Shown: positions 26,573 to 29,894 of the stretch, piece by piece
How positions within the stretch are numbered: position 1 is the first letter of the stretch
Layout of the letters: each line of letters opens with the position of its first letter
Sequence record: NZ_CP115547.1
DNA length: 29,894 nucleotides
Strand: one strand, 5' to 3'
DNA from: a plasmid
Position numbers and translations under genes: made by a program
Notes under the pieces: generated by a model
Seen by the model: only the letters and a program-made list of their open reading frames with translations
Databases searched by the model: none
Told to the model about the DNA's origin: nothing

Positions 26573-26589
26573 ATACCTTACCTGCTAAA

Positions 26590-27411
26590 CTAAGTAATGT
26601 AATTACTAAACATTTCAAGTTGAACATAATGATTCTTTTTAATATCAATATTTGATTTATTAGTTTTGTATGATGTCCCTAGTATCTCATACTTAGTATG
26701 CCCAAACCTACTAGCTACACCAGTTGAACGAGCAATGTAATTAACGTAAAGATTATGTTTAAATAAAAGCTCTAATACTTCTGAGTCATTAAATTCACTT
26801 ATTGCAAACTGCCAATCATACTTCTTCATCTCTATAATTAAAGTTTCAAGAGAATCCAAATCCCAACCCTTATTATCATCTAATCTACCCTTAGAAATTG
26901 AATAGGGAGGATCAAGGTATACAAATGTTGAGGATACCTTATCTCTTTTTGACAAAACACTTAAAAAATTAAAGATGTCACGAGAAGTAAAGACCGCACA
27001 TTCAATCATTTCTTTAATTTTAGATTTATAAGTTCTAATCATATCCATAAATGCTCTTTTTGCATTACTTCTGCGCAAACCTATAGTTGAACTACATGTA
27101 GCATAAATAGAATATAGACTTCTTAAAACCATGTACTCTATTTTATCTTGATTCTCATTTATGATCCTATCATAAATAATAGCTTCTCTTATACGTTTGT
27201 AAAGCAATGCAGGATCTCGCCTTAGAATATAAAAAAACTTATATATAAACTTAGAATTATCATTAAGGATATTATAACGAGCTAACGGTTTTGCAAAAAA
27301 TATAGAGCCTGTACCAAAAAATCCTTCTATATATAAAGTATGTCTAGGAAAAAGATTTATAATTCTTTCTCTATACCTATACTTATCTCCTTCTCTCCTT
27401 AATAGTTTCAA
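26590..27411 (-). CDS. Dam-family (class D12) DNA N6-adenine methyltransferase, orphan
   Basis: Motif I EGFFGTGSIFF and motif IV VYLDPPY in alpha-group order; no adjacent restriction endonuclease-like ORF. Confidence 0.8.
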   Translation of the reverse strand: MKLLRREGDKYRYRERIINLFPRHTLYIEGFFGTGSIFFAKPLARYNILNDNSKFIYKFFYILRRDPALLYKRIREAIIYDRIINENQDKIEYMVLRSLYSIYATCSSTIGLRRSNAKRAFMDMIRTYKSKIKEMIECAVFTSRDIFNFLSVLSKRDKVSSTFVYLDPPYSISKGRLDDNKGWDLDSLETLIIEMKKYDWQFAISEFNDSEVLELLFKHNLYVNYIARSTGVASRFGHTKYEILGTSYKTNKSNIDIKKNHYVQLEMFSNYIT

Positions 27412-27824
27412 TGCTTTCTAAATATCCTTTTTGATAAAGTGTGGTAAGGAGTCCCTTTCTCTTTAAGTTTAAGTGAATCATAAAGCAAAATAGAATTATT
27501 TGTTGCTATAAAGTGACTTCCAGGAACTCTGGGGGTCTTAACTTCACTAACTTCAAACTCATTTAACTTACTGATGTAAGTATTAGGTTCCCATCTTACA
27601 TCACTTTTAATACCATAATAATTAAATATTTTGCATGGGTTTAAAATAAAACAATTGCTCTTTATATATCCAAGATTAATAAACTTATGATAATTATCAT
27701 TAATATCAAAGATAGTAAATTCTAAAGTCTTAAATTTACTTATATAGTAATGCAAGCATAATAAGTAACATCCAAATTTTTGTATTTCTTTCTTTAACTT
27801 TGGGTCATTTTGTCTTATATTCAT
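27408..27824 (-). CDS. Hypothetical protein (138 aa), translationally coupled to the Dam gene
   Basis: ATGA overlap with the methyltransferase start; no recognisable motifs. Confidence 0.35.
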   Translation of the reverse strand: MNIRQNDPKLKKEIQKFGCYLLCLHYYISKFKTLEFTIFDINDNYHKFINLGYIKSNCFILNPCKIFNYYGIKSDVRWEPNTYISKLNEFEVSEVKTPRVPGSHFIATNNSILLYDSLKLKEKGTPYHTLSKRIFRKH

Positions 27825-27869
27825 ATCTATTTTTTAAATCTCCTATTTTAAATACTAATAAATATAAAT

Positions 27870-28274
27870 TTATATAAATGGAGATCTTACAAATTCATTC
27901 TCTCCATTTATAGCACTAGAATAACACTTAACATCATCAAATAAAGACAACATCTCATTTATAAATGAATGCATTTTAAAATACTTATTCACAAAGATAC
28001 TATTTTTATTAATCTTAATAATGCTACTACATGACATGCAATCACAATGATGTTCTTTATAAACCTTTAAAAATGTGTCTAGATACTGCTTTGCATCAGT
28101 AGCAGTAAATGTTGCGATCTCCTCCTCACCATTCCAATAAAGTCTATAATCCTTACTATATAATACTTTTTCAAATGATGATTTAAAACACATCATTTCT
28201 TCGATAATCTGTGTCTTTGAAATAACTTTACTACTCAATAGATGCATCCTTACTTTGAAGTTGGGTCCTCTCAA
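27870..28274 (-). CDS. Hypothetical Cys/His-containing protein (134 aa; HHCDCMSC cluster)
   Basis: ORF in the exonuclease-to-Dam operon; possible metal-binding cluster. Confidence 0.35.
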   Translation of the reverse strand: MRGPNFKVRMHLLSSKVISKTQIIEEMMCFKSSFEKVLYSKDYRLYWNGEEEIATFTATDAKQYLDTFLKVYKEHHCDCMSCSSIIKINKNSIFVNKYFKMHSFINEMLSLFDDVKCYSSAINGENEFVRSPFI

Positions 28275-28458
28275 GTTCCTTTAAATCACGTGCAAATAAC
28301 TTTAAGGCCTCAAGACGTTCTCGTCTTAAGTAATACTCATAAACAGATTGCCTTATAATCCTCTTTATATAGCGCAAACTCAACCTTAAGACACTACATA
28401 CTACTACTAGTAGTATTACCATACAACCACCCCAAACACTTGCAATAAGTATATTCAT
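28231..28458 (-). CDS. Small membrane protein (75 aa): N-terminal transmembrane helix plus a charged coiled-coil tail
   Basis: Hydrophobic segment ILIASVWGGCMVILLVVVCSVL followed by an R/E-rich tail; overlaps the next ORF by 44 nt. Confidence 0.3.
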   Translation of the reverse strand: MNILIASVWGGCMVILLVVVCSVLRLSLRYIKRIIRQSVYEYYLRRERLEALKLFARDLKELERTQLQSKDASIE

Positions 28459-28470
28459 ACTCCCAATCTC

Positions 28471-29817
28471 CTAACCAGCTAAAGTATCAGGAATGTACGC
28501 ATTATATGAGGTACCTAAATTAAACCCAAGATCTTCTTTACTTATCAGATACCTAAATCTATCCTTAATAGCACGCTTGGTTGTATCCAGTACAAATAGA
28601 TTACCCCCAAACCTATAATTTACATGTTCACTAAATAAATTATCTTTAAACATATTATCTATGCATAATTTAAGCTTATCTTTAATAGATTTAGTTATCT
28701 TTGCAAGTTCTAAAGCATTATCTTTCTCAATTTTATTGATCTGTGCTTGCAAATAATTAATTTCAATAAGGCTATCCTTTAAACGCTGAGTTTCTACCTC
28801 ACCAATCTCAAGTTCAATAGACTCAACAAACTCCATAAATTCAACTCTATAATCAAGTTCCGATATATTTTTATATATATAACTATCCTCAAGAATACTT
28901 TTGATATGCACACTTAACTCCTCTAAACTGGTAGTTTTAATATCAATATCAGTTTGTGCTCTTAAACGTGTACAAATGTGATTTACTTCTCTGTCTAATT
29001 CTTTTACAAATGACATTACTTTACTTATAAGATCATTATTACGTATAATTACACAGTTGATTGCTTCATTTCCTATAAGGAAGAATAGATTCCCTTTGTC
29101 TAAACCTGTACATGCCAGTTGTATTTGTACTTGAATATAATACTTAAAGAAATACCGATTATCTAAGAAATTACCAGTTTTATTATATTCTAAAATAGCA
29201 CTGCGAAGACTTAGATTATCACTACATTTAATCTCAAGTAACTCTGCCTCTCCTTGTGTATTCACAAACCACCCATCAATTGTTGAACCAACTAAAGTAT
29301 CCTCTCCATTAATCTTTTTAAAATAGTTATATTTATCTATTCCATTGGCGTATTTATTCTTATGTAGAACCTGGATATTATCGGAATATATACGAATAAA
29401 TTCATCAAAGCCTAGGGTTTCTAACATCTTACCTTTTCTCATGCTCAAGTTATCTTCAAAAGGAATTTCTCTTCCTAAAGCTTTAAGCACCTTGCCAGTC
29501 ATTAGTTTTAAGGCACTCTCTTGGCCAACAAATATACTTCCTACCTCACTTGCACCCATACGTTTTAATGATTCTCTTTGAATACTAAAATCAACTTTGC
29601 TATTAAACTTAAAGAATTCGTTCTTGGAAATATTTGGTAGCCTGCGTCCTATTCTACTTATCTTACTTGTATTTTGTTGTGTGTTCTTAACCTGTTCTTT
29701 AGTTTGATTTACAAATCCTTTATAACCTTTAAACATTGGCTGACCATAGACACTAAGATGCCCCATCCTTACCTCTACGTTGTTATCATTTGTTTTTGTT
29801 ATTTTATTTATACTCAT
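28471..29817 (-). CDS. YqaJ/lambda-Exo-family (PD-(D/E)XK) recombination exonuclease with an N-terminal ~70-aa extension
   Basis: YqaJ N-terminal motif (LKRMGASEVGSIFVG), catalytic-region motifs (STIDGWF...GEAELLEIKC) and the family's YYIQVQIQL motif. It is the likely partner of the RecT-like gene. Confidence 0.7.
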   Translation of the reverse strand: MSINKITKTNDNNVEVRMGHLSVYGQPMFKGYKGFVNQTKEQVKNTQQNTSKISRIGRRLPNISKNEFFKFNSKVDFSIQRESLKRMGASEVGSIFVGQESALKLMTGKVLKALGREIPFEDNLSMRKGKMLETLGFDEFIRIYSDNIQVLHKNKYANGIDKYNYFKKINGEDTLVGSTIDGWFVNTQGEAELLEIKCSDNLSLRSAILEYNKTGNFLDNRYFFKYYIQVQIQLACTGLDKGNLFFLIGNEAINCVIIRNNDLISKVMSFVKELDREVNHICTRLRAQTDIDIKTTSLEELSVHIKSILEDSYIYKNISELDYRVEFMEFVESIELEIGEVETQRLKDSLIEINYLQAQINKIEKDNALELAKITKSIKDKLKLCIDNMFKDNLFSEHVNYRFGGNLFVLDTTKRAIKDRFRYLISKEDLGFNLGTSYNAYIPDTLAG

Positions 29818-29823
29818 ATAAAA

Positions 29824-29840
29824 CTCCTAATTTGTGAATT
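29824..29840 (-). promoter_or_regulatory. Conserved leader AATTCACAAATTAGGAG, copy 3, before the exonuclease operon
   Basis: The reverse complement is identical to 83..99 and is followed by the same TTTTAT spacer and ATG (29817). Confidence 0.6.
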
Positions 29841-29850
29841 AATAAAATAA

Positions 29851-29860
29851 ATATATAGCA
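29851..29860 (-). promoter_or_regulatory. Extended -10 promoter TGCTATATAT for the exonuclease/Dam operon
   Basis: The - strand reads TTTTTGCTATATATTTATTTTATTAATTCACAAATTAGGAG. TTGAAA at 29876..29871 is a possible -35. The leader motif begins just after the predicted start. Confidence 0.4.
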
Positions 29861-29894
29861 AAAATTGTTTTTTCAAAGTTTTTGTTATAATATT

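Noticed and set aside
1-29894. CRISPR arrays, tRNA or rRNA genes, IS elements or transposases
   Set aside because: No regularly spaced direct repeats with unique spacers, no cloverleaf-compatible segments, and no transposase-like ORFs or terminal inverted repeats were seen. The only recombinase is the small tyrosine recombinase described above.

Overview
AT-rich (~28% GC) window that reads as a near-complete Borrelia cp32-like circular prophage plasmid. The two window ends look like one divergent promoter region cut by linearisation. Contents: (i) plasmid replication/partition cluster PF-57/62, PF-50, PF-32 (ParA) and PF-49 on the + strand (106..3077). (ii) A RecT-like single-strand annealing gene (3618..4889) and, at the opposite window end on the - strand, an operon of YqaJ/lambda-Exo-like exonuclease, three small unknown ORFs and a Dam-family N6-adenine methyltransferase (29817 down to 26590). 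(iii) A ~19 kb - strand late block (23985 down to 4933): small and large terminase, an embedded bdr gene, portal-like and scaffold-like genes, three tandem paralogues, a capsid-size gene, four small connector genes, then a tail set in phage P2 order (sheath, tube, chaperone pair, tape measure, U-like, D-like, V spike, W/gp25, J, I, H fibre), then a BlyA/BlyB-type holin cassette and a lipoprotein. (iv) An accessory island with an Mlp-family lipoprotein, a 240-bp polypurine tract, a small tyrosine recombinase and an 838-bp non-coding region holding three tandem promoter-hairpin units. Other signals: an identical 23-nt leader in front of three early genes; a 38-bp palindrome/terminator inside the portal-like gene's 3' end; and two likely non-ATG starts. 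Everything is from reading the sequence and ORF track; no searches were run.
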